DNA of 64,000 bases from Acidimicrobiales bacterium (GTDB lineage Bacteria; Actinomycetota; Acidimicrobiia; Acidimicrobiales; Iamiaceae): contig JAUJNP010000005.1 in assembly GCA_030448105.1 (NCBI GenBank), forward strand, positions 170,814 through 234,813, read 5' to 3'. A program made the translations under genes and the position numbers. Positions within the stretch are counted from its first letter, which is position 1. Each line of letters starts with the position of its first letter. Positions 23,261 through 33,177 of this stretch are shown piece after piece. Below the pieces are notes generated by a model that was given only the letters and a program-made list of their open reading frames with translations, was not told the origin of the DNA and searched no databases.

Positions 23261-24039
23261 GGCGTCACCACCGAGGCGACCACCGGGACGGTGGCGTCGG
23301 CCCAGAGGCGGTAGCCGTCGTCGTCGGGGTGGTACCGGTCGGCGGCGAAGTACCGGCCCGGGTGGCGGCGGAAGGCGGGCCCGGTCTCGCCGGCAATGTC
23401 CACGTAGCCGGCGCCCCGCTCGGCGGCCAGGGAGCGCACGACGGCGTCGAGCGTGCCGCCCCGCGCCCCGGCGACCGACCGCAGCGGCTGGGCCAGGCGG
23501 GGAGGGGCGCCGAGGTCGGGGACCCCGAGGAGCACCACGCGGGCCGCCTTCGGCAGGCGGTCGAGGACGGCGTCGTAGCGACGCCGGAAGTCCCGTGCCG
23601 AGGTGAGGTGGGTGACGTCGTTGCTGCCGACGCTGATCACGACCACGTCGGGATCGGCGGCGGCCACCGACCCGACCTGGCGGTCGAGCACGTCGGCCAC
23701 CCGGGCGCCCGAGACGGCCAGCCCGGTGACGTGCACGGGCCGCCCGAGACGGGTCGCCAGGCGGGTCGCCACCTGCCTGGGCAGGGTCATGTCGACCGAC
23801 GAGGCACCCACCCCGGCGGCAGTGGAGTCCCCCAGCCACACCACCCGTAGAGCCTCGCGGGTGGCGCCCTGGCCATCGCGTCCGGCCGCCCGGGCGACGT
23901 AGCCGCCGAGGTCGAACGGTGCCCGCTCGGGGAGGTTGGTGCCCCGCCGAGCCACCTGCACCTCGGCCACGAGCAGCACGAGGGCCGACGCCGGCAGGGC
24001 CACCGCGGCCAGCAGCAGCCGGCGGGCGGGCCGCCTCAC
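23257..24039 (-). CDS. secreted SGNH/GDSL hydrolase
   Basis: 260 aa; signal-like MRRPARRLLLAAVALPASALVLL; block I WLGDSTAAG; block III VGSNDV. Confidence 0.85.
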   Translation of the reverse strand: MRRPARRLLLAAVALPASALVLLVAEVQVARRGTNLPERAPFDLGGYVARAAGRDGQGATREALRVVWLGDSTAAGVGASSVDMTLPRQVATRLATRLGRPVHVTGLAVSGARVADVLDRQVGSVAAADPDVVVISVGSNDVTHLTSARDFRRRYDAVLDRLPKAARVVLLGVPDLGAPPRLAQPLRSVAGARGGTLDAVVRSLAAERGAGYVDIAGETGPAFRRHPGRYFAADRYHPDDDGYRLWADATVPVVASVVTP

Positions 24040-24043
24040 CAGA

Positions 24044-24559
24044 TCAGGACTCGGCCCAGACGGCGTCGCTGTCGTAGGGCCGTTGGCGCCCGGGGGCGGA
24101 GGTGGCTTTCCACACCATCAGCTTGCGGCGGAAGTAGCACACCTCTTCGCCCCGCTGGTTGAGGCCCTTGGTCTCGACCGTGACGATGCCCCGATCCCCC
24201 TTGGAGGTCTCCACCTTGTCGACCACGCGGGTCTCGGAGTAGATGGTGTCGCCGTGGAACGTGGGCTTGGGGTGCTTGAGCGACTCCACCTCCAGGTTGG
24301 CGACCGCGGCGCCGCTGACGTCGGGCACGCTCATCCCCAGCACCAGGGAGTACACCAGGTTCCCGACCACCACGTTGCGGCCCTGGGGAGCCTGGGCGGC
24401 GTACCAGTCGTTGGTGTGCAAAGGATGGTGGTTCATGGTGATCATGCAGAAGAGGTGGTCGTCGTACTCGGTGACCGTCTTGCCCGGCCAGTGGCGATAC
24501 GTGTCGCCAACCTCGAAATCCTCGTAGTTCCTGCCGAAAGTACGCTCGTGCACCGTCAC
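24044..24559 (-). CDS. MaoC-like (R)-hydratase/dehydratase (start uncertain: 24553, 24559 or 24598)
   Basis: Only the C-terminal ~171 codons of ORF 24044..26725 look real: VTVHERTFGRNYEDFEVGDTYRHWPGKTVTEYDDHLFCMITMNHHPLHT... Confidence 0.85.
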   Translation of the reverse strand: MTVHERTFGRNYEDFEVGDTYRHWPGKTVTEYDDHLFCMITMNHHPLHTNDWYAAQAPQGRNVVVGNLVYSLVLGMSVPDVSGAAVANLEVESLKHPKPTFHGDTIYSETRVVDKVETSKGDRGIVTVETKGLNQRGEEVCYFRRKLMVWKATSAPGRQRPYDSDAVWAES

Positions 24560-27184
24560 GGGCGGGATTCTTCCAGAGCCGCGAAGCGGCGGTGGCATCC
24601 AGCGCGCCCGTGGGGCGACGACCGGCTGGAGTCGGGGGGACCCAACGCCGCGGGTTTCACTCAGGAGCTCTGGCGGGCCACCATCCGCCGGCGCCTGGTC
24701 GGCATCGGAGGCCTGGCCGTCACCGCCGCCGCGGTCCCCTCGGTCGGGCCGGACCGGTTCAAGCTCGCCCTGCTCGTGCTGGCCGTGGGGGTGGCCTACA
24801 ACCTGAGCCTGCAGTGGGCCTTCGTCCGCTACGAGCGAGTCCCCCGCTTCATGGCCTACGCCGACATGCTGGCCTGCGTCGGGTTCGTGCTGGTGGCCCC
24901 CACCACGTTCGTGCCCGCCCTGCTGGTGATGCTCACCGCCACCGCGCTCGCCGCCACCACCGTCGGCGGGCGCCACGCCATGGCGGCCTCCGCGTTCGGC
25001 ACCGTCGCCGTCGCCGGCGCCGCCTTCGTCGTGCGCCCTCCCGACGCCGCCCTCGGGGTCATCGCCCTGGCGGTGGTGTCGGCCATGGCCGCCGCCACCG
25101 TCGGCGCAGTGGCCGACAACGAGCGCCGCGTCCGGGCCCGCTACGGGGCCCTGGTGGAAGGGCTCGACGGGATCGTGTGGGAGGGGGACCCCGACACCCT
25201 CGCCTTCACCTACGTCAGCCCCCGCGCCGAGGCCATCCTCGGCTACCCGGTCGACTCCTGGTACGAGGAGGGGTTCTGGCAGGAACACATCGTGCCCGAG
25301 GACCGCGAGCGAGCCGTGGGGTACTGCGTCGAAGCCATGGCCGAGGGTCGTGACCACGCCTTCGACTACCGCATGGTCGCCGCCGACGGGAGGGTCGTGC
25401 ACGTGCACGACATCGTGGCCGTCACCTCGGACCAGAGCGGCCGGCCCGTCACCAGCCACGGCATGATCCTCGACGTCACCGACCGCAAGCGGGCCGAGCG
25501 GCGCGTCCAGCAGTACGCCGACATCGTCGAGACCATCCAGGTCGGCCTGGTGGTGGCGCGCCTCGACGAGCGCGGCGACGAACGCTCCCTTCGCCTGATC
25601 GCCGCCAACCCGGCGGCCAGCGAAGCGCTCCACCGCCCGCTCGAGCGGTGGACGGGTCAGCCCCTGGCGCAAGCGCTCCCCGTCCTGGAAGGGACGGACC
25701 TGCCCGCCCGACTGGCCGCAGTGGTGCGCACGGGCGTGGCCTTCCAGATGGAGGGAGTCCTGCGACCGGGCACGCCGGGCGAGGTGGTGCTGGCGGTGCG
25801 GGCCTTCCCGCTGCCCGACGAGGCGGTCGGGGTCTCCCTCGAAGACGTCACCGCCGCCACCCGGGCGGCCGGGGCGCTGCGCCGCCAGGCGCTCCACGAC
25901 GGCCTCACCGGCCTGCCCAACCGGGCGCTGCTCAAGGACCGGCTCACCGTCGCGCTGGCGGAGGCGGCCCGGGCCGGACGGTCCGTCGCCCTGCTGGTGA
26001 TGGACCTCGACCAGTTCAAGGAGGTCAACGACGCCCTCGGGCACCACGTGGGCGACCTGATGCTGGTGCGGCTGGCCGAGCGGCTCGGCGAGCGGCTCCG
26101 TGACGCCGACGTGATCGCCCGGCTGGGCGGCGACGAGTTCGCCGTCCTCCTCACCACCGACGTGTCCCTCGAGGGCGCGGTGGCCGTCGCCCAACGAGTC
26201 CAGGCGGCGCTGCTCGAGCCCTTCGACATCGACGACCTGCGGCTCCAGACCAACGCCAGCATCGGCATCGCCGTCTACCCCGACCACGCCACCGACGCCG
26301 ACGCCCTCACGCAGCGAGCCGACGTGGCCATGTACCAGGCCAAGCGGACGGGGAGCGGCCACGCCGTCTACCGCGCCGAGCTCGACCGCTCGAGCGTGAG
26401 GCGCCTGACCCTGTTGGGAGACTTCCGCCGGGCGCTCGAGTCCGACGAGTTCGTGCTGCACTTCCAGCCGGTGATGGATGTGGCGTCGGCTCGTGCCGTC
26501 CGCGCCGAGGCGCTGGTGCGCTGGCAGCACCCCGAGCACGGCCTGCTCCAACCCGAGGACTTCATCGAGCTGGCCGAGGTGTCGGGCTTCATCCAGCCGC
26601 TGACCCGGTGGGTGCTCGAGCGGGCGCTGGCATCGGCGTCGTCGTGGTGGGCCGCCGGCCACCACGTGGGCGTGGCCGTGAACCTCTCGGTGCGGAACCT
26701 GTACGACCCGGGCCTGCCCGAGCACCTACGCACCCTGCTCGCCGCCAGCCTGCTGCCCGCCTCCGAGCTGATGCTGGAGGTCACCGAGACCGAGCTGATG
26801 GACGACCCCGGCCTGGCCCTCGACGTGCTGGGCGAGGTGCACCGAATGGGCGTGGCCACCGGCGTGGACGACTTCGGCACCGGCTACTCGTCGCTCACCT
26901 ACCTGAGGAACCTGCCCATCCGGGAGATCAAGATCGACCGGTCGTTCGTGTCGGGGATGCGGGTCCGCTCCGACGACCTCACCATCGTCCGCTCGACCAT
27001 CGACCTCGGCCACAACCTGAGCCTGGACGTGGTGGCCGAGGGCGTGGAGGACGAGCTCACCCTGCTGGAGCTGGGCACGCTCGGCTGCGACCTGGCCCAG
27101 GGCTACCACCTCAGCCGTCCGATGCCCCTCGACGCGTTCCACGCCTGGCTCGCCGCCCAGGCCCTCCTCGGCACCCGCAGCTAG
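24548..27184 (+). CDS. membrane-anchored PAS-PAS-GGDEF-EAL c-di-GMP turnover protein (5' end uncertain)
   Basis: About 6 predicted TM segments, then two PAS-like regions. GGDEF domain (RLGGDEFAVLL) and EAL domain (EALVRWQHP, DDFGTGYSSL). The first in-frame canonical start after the divergent gene is GTG 24548; the next is GTG 24776. Confidence 0.88.
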   Translation: MHRHGRDSSRAAKRRWHPARPWGDDRLESGGPNAAGFTQELWRATIRRRLVGIGGLAVTAAAVPSVGPDRFKLALLVLAVGVAYNLSLQWAFVRYERVPRFMAYADMLACVGFVLVAPTTFVPALLVMLTATALAATTVGGRHAMAASAFGTVAVAGAAFVVRPPDAALGVIALAVVSAMAAATVGAVADNERRVRARYGALVEGLDGIVWEGDPDTLAFTYVSPRAEAILGYPVDSWYEEGFWQEHIVPEDRERAVGYCVEAMAEGRDHAFDYRMVAADGRVVHVHDIVAVTSDQSGRPVTSHGMILDVTDRKRAERRVQQYADIVETIQVGLVVARLDERGDERSLRLIAANPAASEALHRPLERWTGQPLAQALPVLEGTDLPARLAAVVRTGVAFQMEGVLRPGTPGEVVLAVRAFPLPDEAVGVSLEDVTAATRAAGALRRQALHDGLTGLPNRALLKDRLTVALAEAARAGRSVALLVMDLDQFKEVNDALGHHVGDLMLVRLAERLGERLRDADVIARLGGDEFAVLLTTDVSLEGAVAVAQRVQAALLEPFDIDDLRLQTNASIGIAVYPDHATDADALTQRADVAMYQAKRTGSGHAVYRAELDRSSVRRLTLLGDFRRALESDEFVLHFQPVMDVASARAVRAEALVRWQHPEHGLLQPEDFIELAEVSGFIQPLTRWVLERALASASSWWAAGHHVGVAVNLSVRNLYDPGLPEHLRTLLAASLLPASELMLEVTETELMDDPGLALDVLGEVHRMGVATGVDDFGTGYSSLTYLRNLPIREIKIDRSFVSGMRVRSDDLTIVRSTIDLGHNLSLDVVAEGVEDELTLLELGTLGCDLAQGYHLSRPMPLDAFHAWLAAQALLGTRS

Positions 27185-27213
27185 CCCCGACCTCGGGAGT
27201 TACCCTGCCGGCC

Positions 27214-28848
27214 ATGTCTCCGTCCGCGCCGGCCGCCCCCGACCTTCACGCCGCTGCCGCCGTGCTCGACCAGGCCTCGACGGTGGTGACCGTCGCCACC
27301 TCCGCCCTCGCCGGCAGGCCGATAGACGAGCAGCAGGTGCTGGCCTACGACCTGGCCCACGCCGCCGCCGGCGTGGAGATCGCCCGGGCGCTGCTCGACT
27401 ACGGCGCCAAGGGCGACGCCGAGGCCCGCATCACCTGCGCGTTCGTGGCCGACGCGGTGCACGACCTGGCCACCCGGGTTTTCGGCCGGGAGGCCGACTG
27501 GGGGGTAGAGCCGGGGGCGCTCGATCCCACCCGCGACTTCCTCGCCGCCTACCGGGCCCCCGAGTTCCTCGCCGCCATCGACGGGCCCGGGCCCCGGCAC
27601 CTCGACGCCGACTTCGAGCTGGTGCAGGACACGTTCCGGCGCTTCGCCGAGGAGAAGCTCCACCCGGTGGCCGAGCACATCCACCGCCGCAACGAGGACA
27701 TCCCCGAGTCGATCATCGAGGGTTTGGCCGAGATGGGCGGGTTCGGTCTCTCGGTCCCCGAGGAGTACGGCGGGTGGGGCTCGGGCGGGGAGTCGGAGTA
27801 CCTAGGCATGGTCGTCGCCACCGAGGAGCTGTCGCGCGGGTCCCTCGGCGCCGGCGGCTCCCTGATCACCCGGCCCGAGATCCTCACCCGGGCCCTGCTG
27901 GCCGGCGGCACCGAAGAGCAGAAGCACACCTGGCTCCCGCGGCTGGCCACCGCCGAGGTGATGAACGCGGTCGCCGTCACCGAGCCCGACTTCGGGTCCG
28001 ACGTGGCCGGGGTGAAGGTGACCGCCACCCGCACCGGCGAGGGCGGCGGGGCGGGCTGGGTGCTGAACGGGGTCAAGACGTGGTGCACGTTCGGCGCCCG
28101 GGCCGACGTGTTGATGCTGCTGGCCCGCACCGACCCCGACCGCAGCAAGGGCCACCGGGGCCTGTCGCTGTTCGTGGTGCCCAAGCCCCGAGGCGAGGGC
28201 CACGGCTTCGAGCTCACCCAGGAGGCGGGCGACGGCGGCGCGCCCGGCGGCGGGACGATGGAGGGCCGGCCCATCGACACCATCGGCTACCGCGGCATGC
28301 ACTCCTACGAGGTCGCCTTCGACGGGTGGTTCGTGCCGGCCGCCAACCTCATCGGCATGGAGGACGGCGAGGGTCGGGGCTTCTACTACCAGATGGCCGG
28401 GTTCGAGAACGGCCGGTTGCAGACCGCCGCCCGGGCCGTCGGCGTCATGCAGGCGGCCTACGAGGCGGCCCGCCAGTACGCCCTCGACCGGGTGGTGTTC
28501 GGCCAGCCGGTGGCCGACTACCAGCTCACCCGGGCCAAGCTGGCCCGCATGGCGGTGATCATCCAGGCCGCCCGCCAGTTCTCCTACACCGTCGCCCGGC
28601 TCATGGCCAAGGGCGAGGGCACCTTGGAGGCCTCGATGGTCAAGGCCTATGTCTGCAAGGCGGCCGAGTGGGTGACCCGGGAGGCCATGCAGATCCACGG
28701 GGGCATGGGCTACGCGGAAGAGTTCCCCGTGAGCCGCTACTTCGTCGACGCCAGGGTGCTGTCCATCTTCGAGGGCGCCGACGAGACGCTCTGCCTCAAG
28801 GTGATCGCCCGGCGCATGATCGAGGCCGTTCAGGGGCCGAGCCGCTAG
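27214..28848 (+). CDS. acyl-CoA dehydrogenase with N-terminal extension
   Basis: ORF 26608..28848; start ATG 27214 (MSPSAPAAPD). VTEPDFGSDVAG; QIHGGMGYAEEFPVSRYFVDARVLSIFEGADE. Confidence 0.9.
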   Translation: MSPSAPAAPDLHAAAAVLDQASTVVTVATSALAGRPIDEQQVLAYDLAHAAAGVEIARALLDYGAKGDAEARITCAFVADAVHDLATRVFGREADWGVEPGALDPTRDFLAAYRAPEFLAAIDGPGPRHLDADFELVQDTFRRFAEEKLHPVAEHIHRRNEDIPESIIEGLAEMGGFGLSVPEEYGGWGSGGESEYLGMVVATEELSRGSLGAGGSLITRPEILTRALLAGGTEEQKHTWLPRLATAEVMNAVAVTEPDFGSDVAGVKVTATRTGEGGGAGWVLNGVKTWCTFGARADVLMLLARTDPDRSKGHRGLSLFVVPKPRGEGHGFELTQEAGDGGAPGGGTMEGRPIDTIGYRGMHSYEVAFDGWFVPAANLIGMEDGEGRGFYYQMAGFENGRLQTAARAVGVMQAAYEAARQYALDRVVFGQPVADYQLTRAKLARMAVIIQAARQFSYTVARLMAKGEGTLEASMVKAYVCKAAEWVTREAMQIHGGMGYAEEFPVSRYFVDARVLSIFEGADETLCLKVIARRMIEAVQGPSR

Positions 28849-29923
28849 GCGAGGCGGCCAGGTCAGGGTAGACGTCCACGTCGGTGGCTTTGACCGCGGC
28901 CCACACGTCGAGGCCCGGGGCGACGCGGAGCGCGGCCAGCGCGTCGGGCGTGATCTCGGCCACCACGTCGGGGGCGCCCGCCAGCTGCACCCGCACCCGG
29001 TCACCGTGGACGTGGAGGCCCGCCACCGTGACCGGCCACACGTTGCGGGGGGTCCCGTCAGGGCGGTCCCGGTGCAGGGCCACGGCCTGCGGTCGGATCG
29101 TGGCCAGCGCGGGGCCGGCGATGCTCCCGATCGCCCCGACCGCAGCGACCAGCTCTCCGCCGCCGTCCACCCGCAGCCGCCCGGACCGCACCGAGCCCCG
29201 GTAGAGGTTCAGTCCCACCAGCCGGGCGACGTAGGCCGAGCGCGGGCGGCGGGTGAGCTCCCCGGCGGCGCCGTCGTGGGTCACCCGACCGTCCTCCAGC
29301 ACCACCAGCCGCTGGGCCAGCAGCATCGCCTCGACCGGGTCGTGGGTGACCACCACCCGCGGCCCGGCGAAGCCGGTGAGGTGGCGGCCGAGCTCGGCCC
29401 GGGTGCGGTCGCGGGCGGCCACGTCGAGGGCGGCGAGGGGCTCGTCGAGCAGGAGGGCGGCGGGCTCGGCGGCCAGCGTGCGGGCCAGGGCCACGTGCTG
29501 GGCTTCGCCCCCCGAAAGGGCTCCGGGGCGGGCGCCGGCCCGGTGGCCGACGCCCAGCTGCTCGAGCCATCCACGGGCCCGGCGCCGCGCCTCTGCCCGC
29601 CGGACGCCTCGGCAGCGCAGGGCGAAGGCCACGTTGTCGAGGGCGCTCAGGTGGGGGAAGAGCAGGCCGTCCTGGAACACGTAGCCGATGGATCGGCGCT
29701 CGGGGGCCACGGCCACACCTGCCGCGGTGTCGGTGAGCACCTTCGCCCCCAGGACCACCGACCCCGCCTCGAGGTCCACCAGGCCGGCCACCGCGCCCAG
29801 CAGGGTCGTCTTGCCCGCGCCGTTGGGGCCCAGGAGGGCCACCGTCTCGCCTTCGGCCACCACCAGGGCGGCGTCGAGGCCGAACCCGTCCCGACGGACG
29901 GCGACCTCGACGTCGAGGCTCAT
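28796..29923 (-). CDS. modC: molybdate ABC transporter ATPase with C-terminal TOBE domain
   Basis: ORF 28796..30610; start ATG 29923 (MSLDVEVAV) overlaps the modB stop (ATGA). GPNGAGKTT, LSGGEAQHVALART. Converges on the ACAD gene with a 53-nt overlap. Confidence 0.88.
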   Translation of the reverse strand: MSLDVEVAVRRDGFGLDAALVVAEGETVALLGPNGAGKTTLLGAVAGLVDLEAGSVVLGAKVLTDTAAGVAVAPERRSIGYVFQDGLLFPHLSALDNVAFALRCRGVRRAEARRRARGWLEQLGVGHRAGARPGALSGGEAQHVALARTLAAEPAALLLDEPLAALDVAARDRTRAELGRHLTGFAGPRVVVTHDPVEAMLLAQRLVVLEDGRVTHDGAAGELTRRPRSAYVARLVGLNLYRGSVRSGRLRVDGGGELVAAVGAIGSIAGPALATIRPQAVALHRDRPDGTPRNVWPVTVAGLHVHGDRVRVQLAGAPDVVAEITPDALAALRVAPGLDVWAAVKATDVDVYPDLAASPSGSAPERPRSCAGRSP

Positions 29924-30717
29924 CCCGCCGCTCCGAACCACCGGTCGCGCAGGGCGAGCAGGACCGCCAGCGACACGCCCACCAGCACCAGGGAGAGGGC
30001 CAACGCCGCTCCCCGGTCGCTCTGCAGCGCCTGGTAGGTCGCCAGCGGCAACGTCCGGGTCCGGCCACCGAGGTTGCCGGCGAAGGTGATGGTGGCGCCG
30101 AACTCGCCGAGGGCCCGGGCCCAGCACAGCACCGCCCCCGCCGCCAGGGAGGGCGCTATCCCCGGGAGGGTCACGCGCCGGAACACGGTCCACGGGGAAG
30201 CACCGAGGGTCGCCGCCGCGTGCTCGAAGCGGGCGTCGACGGCCCGGAAGCCGGCCTCCACCGACACCACCAGGAAGGGCATGGCCACAAAGGTCTGGGC
30301 CACCACCACCCCCGCCGGGCTGAACGGGAGGAGGATGCCGAAGTGCTGGTCGAGCCATTGGCCGACCAGGCCCCGGCGCCCGAGGGCGAAGAGCAGGGCC
30401 GCCCCACCCACCACCGGAGGCAGCACCATGGGGAGCACCACCACCGCCCGCACCAGGCGTCGTCCCGGGAGCTCGGCCCGCGCCAGCACCCAGGCCAAGG
30501 GCACGCCCAGCACCACCGAGAGCCCGGTGGCCGCCAGCGAGGTGCCCAGGCTGAGCCGCAGGGCGTCGACGACCACGGGCCGCCCGAGCAGCCCGGGCAG
30601 CGCCGTCCACGGTGCCCTCTGCAGAAGGCCCACGAGAGGCAGTGCCACCAGAGCGAGCGCGACCAGCGCGACCGCCACGACCGGGAGCGGCGGCCGGCGC
30701 GAGGCGGATGACCTCAC
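29920..30717 (-). CDS. modB: molybdate ABC transporter permease
   Basis: 265 aa polytopic membrane protein between modA and modC; ...ARALGEFGATITFAGN... EAA-type loop. Confidence 0.88.
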   Translation of the reverse strand: MRSSASRRPPLPVVAVALVALALVALPLVGLLQRAPWTALPGLLGRPVVVDALRLSLGTSLAATGLSVVLGVPLAWVLARAELPGRRLVRAVVVLPMVLPPVVGGAALLFALGRRGLVGQWLDQHFGILLPFSPAGVVVAQTFVAMPFLVVSVEAGFRAVDARFEHAAATLGASPWTVFRRVTLPGIAPSLAAGAVLCWARALGEFGATITFAGNLGGRTRTLPLATYQALQSDRGAALALSLVLVGVSLAVLLALRDRWFGAAG

Positions 30718-31496
30718 GGGAGGAGGAAGCCGGCCCGGCGCAACACCGGCCGGGCGGTGGAGGAGGACACGAAGGTCACAAAGGCCGCGGCCGCGGCCGG
30801 GTGGGCGGACCCGGCCAGGACCGCCACCGGGTAGGTCGCCACCGGGGCGCCGCGGGGGACGGCGACGGCGGTCACCCGGTCGCCGGCGGCCACCACGTCG
30901 GAGTGGTACACGATGCCGGCATCGAGCTCACCGGCGGTGATCCGGGAGAGGAGGGCCTTGGCATCGAGCTCCTCGGTGTCCACTGCCGGGGTCACGCCCG
31001 CCCGGCGCAGCAGCGCCCGGGCCAGGCGACCGCAGGGCACGTCGGCCGCGCACAGGCCGACGAGGAGCTCGGGGCGGGCCAGGTCGTCGAGGCCGCGCAC
31101 CGAGCCGGGGTTACCCACCGGGACGGCGATCGCGAGGCGGTTCCGGGCGAAGATAACCGGCTCGTCGCGATCGACCAGGCCCGAGTCGACCACTCGATCC
31201 ATGATGCGCTCGTCGGCCGATGCGAACACATCGGCTGGCGCCCCCTCCTCCAGGCTCTGCGCCAATCCCGAGCTGGGGCCGAAGTCGAACCGGAGGTGCA
31301 CGTCGGGGTGGGCTCGCTCGAAGCGGCGACCCAACGCCGTGAACGGTTCGGTCAACGAAGCCGCCGCCGCCACCCGCAGCTCGCCACCGACGGGGCCGGA
31401 GCCGGCGCCGGCGCGCTCCCCCGGGCCGCCTCCACAACCGACCGGGACGGTCGCCAGCGCCAGGGCTACGACGGCGACGGCGAGGCGAGCGGGCAC
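30714..31496 (-). CDS. modA: molybdate-binding lipoprotein
   Basis: 260 aa; lipobox ATVPVGCGG; ...VFASADE...; operon position upstream of modB. Confidence 0.88.
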   Translation of the reverse strand: MPARLAVAVVALALATVPVGCGGGPGERAGAGSGPVGGELRVAAAASLTEPFTALGRRFERAHPDVHLRFDFGPSSGLAQSLEEGAPADVFASADERIMDRVVDSGLVDRDEPVIFARNRLAIAVPVGNPGSVRGLDDLARPELLVGLCAADVPCGRLARALLRRAGVTPAVDTEELDAKALLSRITAGELDAGIVYHSDVVAAGDRVTAVAVPRGAPVATYPVAVLAGSAHPAAAAAFVTFVSSSTARPVLRRAGFLLP

Positions 31497-31510
31497 GCGG
31501 GTCGCCGCCC

Positions 31511-31912
31511 TCAGCGGGGCGCGGGGAGCTCGATGACCACGGTGGTGGACTTCACCGAGGCGACGGCGAGCATCCCGGGGGACAGGCTCAGCTCGTCCAC
31601 CGCCTCGGCGGTCATGAGGGAGACCACCCGGTGGGGGCCGGACTGGAGGTCGACCTGGGCCATCACGCCGTCGCGCTGGACCCGGGTCACGATGCCGGTG
31701 AAGCGGTTGCGGGCCGAGCGGGCCACCACCGTGTCGGGGCCGGGGCTGGCCGCCTGGTCCCGGAGGAACCGGGCCAGGTCGGCGCCGTCGATCAGCCGCT
31801 GGCCGCCCCCGGTGCGCCGACTGGCGAGGCGACCCTCATCGGTCCAGCGCCGCACCGTGTCCACGCTGACCCCGGCCAGCTCGGCGACCTGTCCCGGCTT
31901 GAACGTCGCCAC
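31511..31912 (-). CDS. HTH (MerR/excisionase-type) plus TOBE/Mop molybdate-responsive regulator
   Basis: ORF 31511..32173; likely start GVG-free GTG 31912 (VATFKPGQVAELAGVSVDTVRRWTDEGRL). C-terminal SARNRFTGIVTRVQRDGVMAQVDL is a Mop/TOBE fold. Confidence 0.8.
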   Translation of the reverse strand: MATFKPGQVAELAGVSVDTVRRWTDEGRLASRRTGGGQRLIDGADLARFLRDQAASPGPDTVVARSARNRFTGIVTRVQRDGVMAQVDLQSGPHRVVSLMTAEAVDELSLSPGMLAVASVKSTTVVIELPAPR

Positions 31913-31950
31913 CGCCAGGAAAGTAGCCGGAAAGCATGGCGGATACGAGG

Positions 31951-33054
31951 TCAGCGGGACAGGGCGAAGCGCGGGTTGGCCTCGGGCGCGGTGCCGTCGG
32001 CCAGGTCGGCGAGCATGCGACCGATCAACGGCGCGAACTTGAACCCGTGCCCCGAGCAGGGCGAGCCGAGCACGAGCGCGCCCACCCGGTCGACGATGAA
32101 GTCCTCGGTGGGCGTGGTCGTGTAGAGGCATGCGGCCGGGTGGACGGGTGTGGGATCGAGGCCCGGGAACCACGCCTCGACGTACGCGGTCAACGCCCGG
32201 CGGCGGGTCTCATCGGCCGAGCGGTCGGGGTCATCGGGATCGACCAACCGGCCGGCGTGGTGCTCGTCGACCTTCACGCCCTCCCCCGGGGTCTCGAGGC
32301 CGTAGACGACGGGGCCGTCCACCCGGTGGTGCAGGAAGCTCGGCCAGGACGCCGCTGGGTCCACCGGAGCGAAGTGCTGCACCTGCTCGAGGGTGACGGT
32401 GTGGGGTGGCAGCTCTACGTGCCCAGCCAGCACGTGGCCCACCCAGGCCCCGGTGGTCACCACCGCCACCCGGGCCCGCCACGACCGCTCCCGGGTGCGT
32501 ACCACCACGCCGTCACCGGTGGCTGCCGGCGCCAGCTCCGCCGGGCCGGTCCCGAGGTGCAGAGCCGCCCCCGCGGCGGCGGCCCCATCGAGGCAGGCAG
32601 CGACGGTGGACTCGGCCCGGCACCGTCCGGCGTCGGCCTGGTGCAGCACGGCCCGGTCGAAGCGCATGCCCGGCCAGCGTTCGGCGGCCGCCCCCGGAGA
32701 CAGCACCTCGGCCCGCACGCCGGTGGCGTCCAGCGCGGCGGCCAGCCCGTGGACCACCTCCGGGGGGCCGTGGTCCACGCCGCCCGTGGTCTCCAGCAAC
32801 GGGCAGCCGGCGTCGTCCTCGAGCTCACGCCAGAGAGGCAGCGCTCGGCGGGCCAGGTCCACGTAGAAGGGATCCGGGTAGGCGAGGCGGAAGATGCGGC
32901 TCCCGCCGTGGCTGCTCCCCCGGCGGTGGCCCCGGTCGAACCGGTCGAGCACCACCACCTCGTGACCCCGCCGCGCCAACCACCAGGCCGTCGCCGCTCC
33001 CATCACCCCGCCGCCCACGACGATCACATCCGCATCGAGCGCCACCGCCTCCAT
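31951..33054 (-). CDS. FAD-dependent sarcosine / N-methyltryptophan oxidase-like enzyme
   Basis: 367 aa; DVIVVGGGVMGAATAWWLARRG dinucleotide fold; C-terminal GSPCSGHGFKFAPLIG with the covalent-FAD Cys context. Confidence 0.85.
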   Translation of the reverse strand: MEAVALDADVIVVGGGVMGAATAWWLARRGHEVVVLDRFDRGHRRGSSHGGSRIFRLAYPDPFYVDLARRALPLWRELEDDAGCPLLETTGGVDHGPPEVVHGLAAALDATGVRAEVLSPGAAAERWPGMRFDRAVLHQADAGRCRAESTVAACLDGAAAAGAALHLGTGPAELAPAATGDGVVVRTRERSWRARVAVVTTGAWVGHVLAGHVELPPHTVTLEQVQHFAPVDPAASWPSFLHHRVDGPVVYGLETPGEGVKVDEHHAGRLVDPDDPDRSADETRRRALTAYVEAWFPGLDPTPVHPAACLYTTTPTEDFIVDRVGALVLGSPCSGHGFKFAPLIGRMLADLADGTAPEANPRFALSR

Positions 33055-33177
33055 CCTCGTGCCTGGCCGCCGGCGGCGCCCACGCCGGGTCGAGCGTCGA
33101 GCGACCGGGGTCGGGTGGCGGTTCGACCCGACGGGGTCCTAGCGTGTTGGGACCGGTTCCCATCTCGTAGGTCACCC

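Noticed and set aside
24548-24598. Apparent head-to-head overlap of the MaoC-like and GGDEF-EAL gene starts
   Set aside because: This is probably just start-codon ambiguity. MaoC could start at 24553, 24559 or 24598. The GGDEF-EAL gene could start at 24548, at 24776, or at a non-canonical codon. There is not enough evidence to claim a real overlapping divergent arrangement.
24560-26725. N-terminal ~720 codons of ORF 24044..26725 (minus)
   Set aside because: This stretch is antisense to the PAS-GGDEF-EAL gene, which has unmistakable motifs. Only the last ~171 codons (MaoC-like) look like protein. The same reasoning trims ORFs 52423..54672, 57729..59360, 60855..62282, 46349..48526, 43869..46073, 31936..34014 and 28796..30610 to their real 3' parts.
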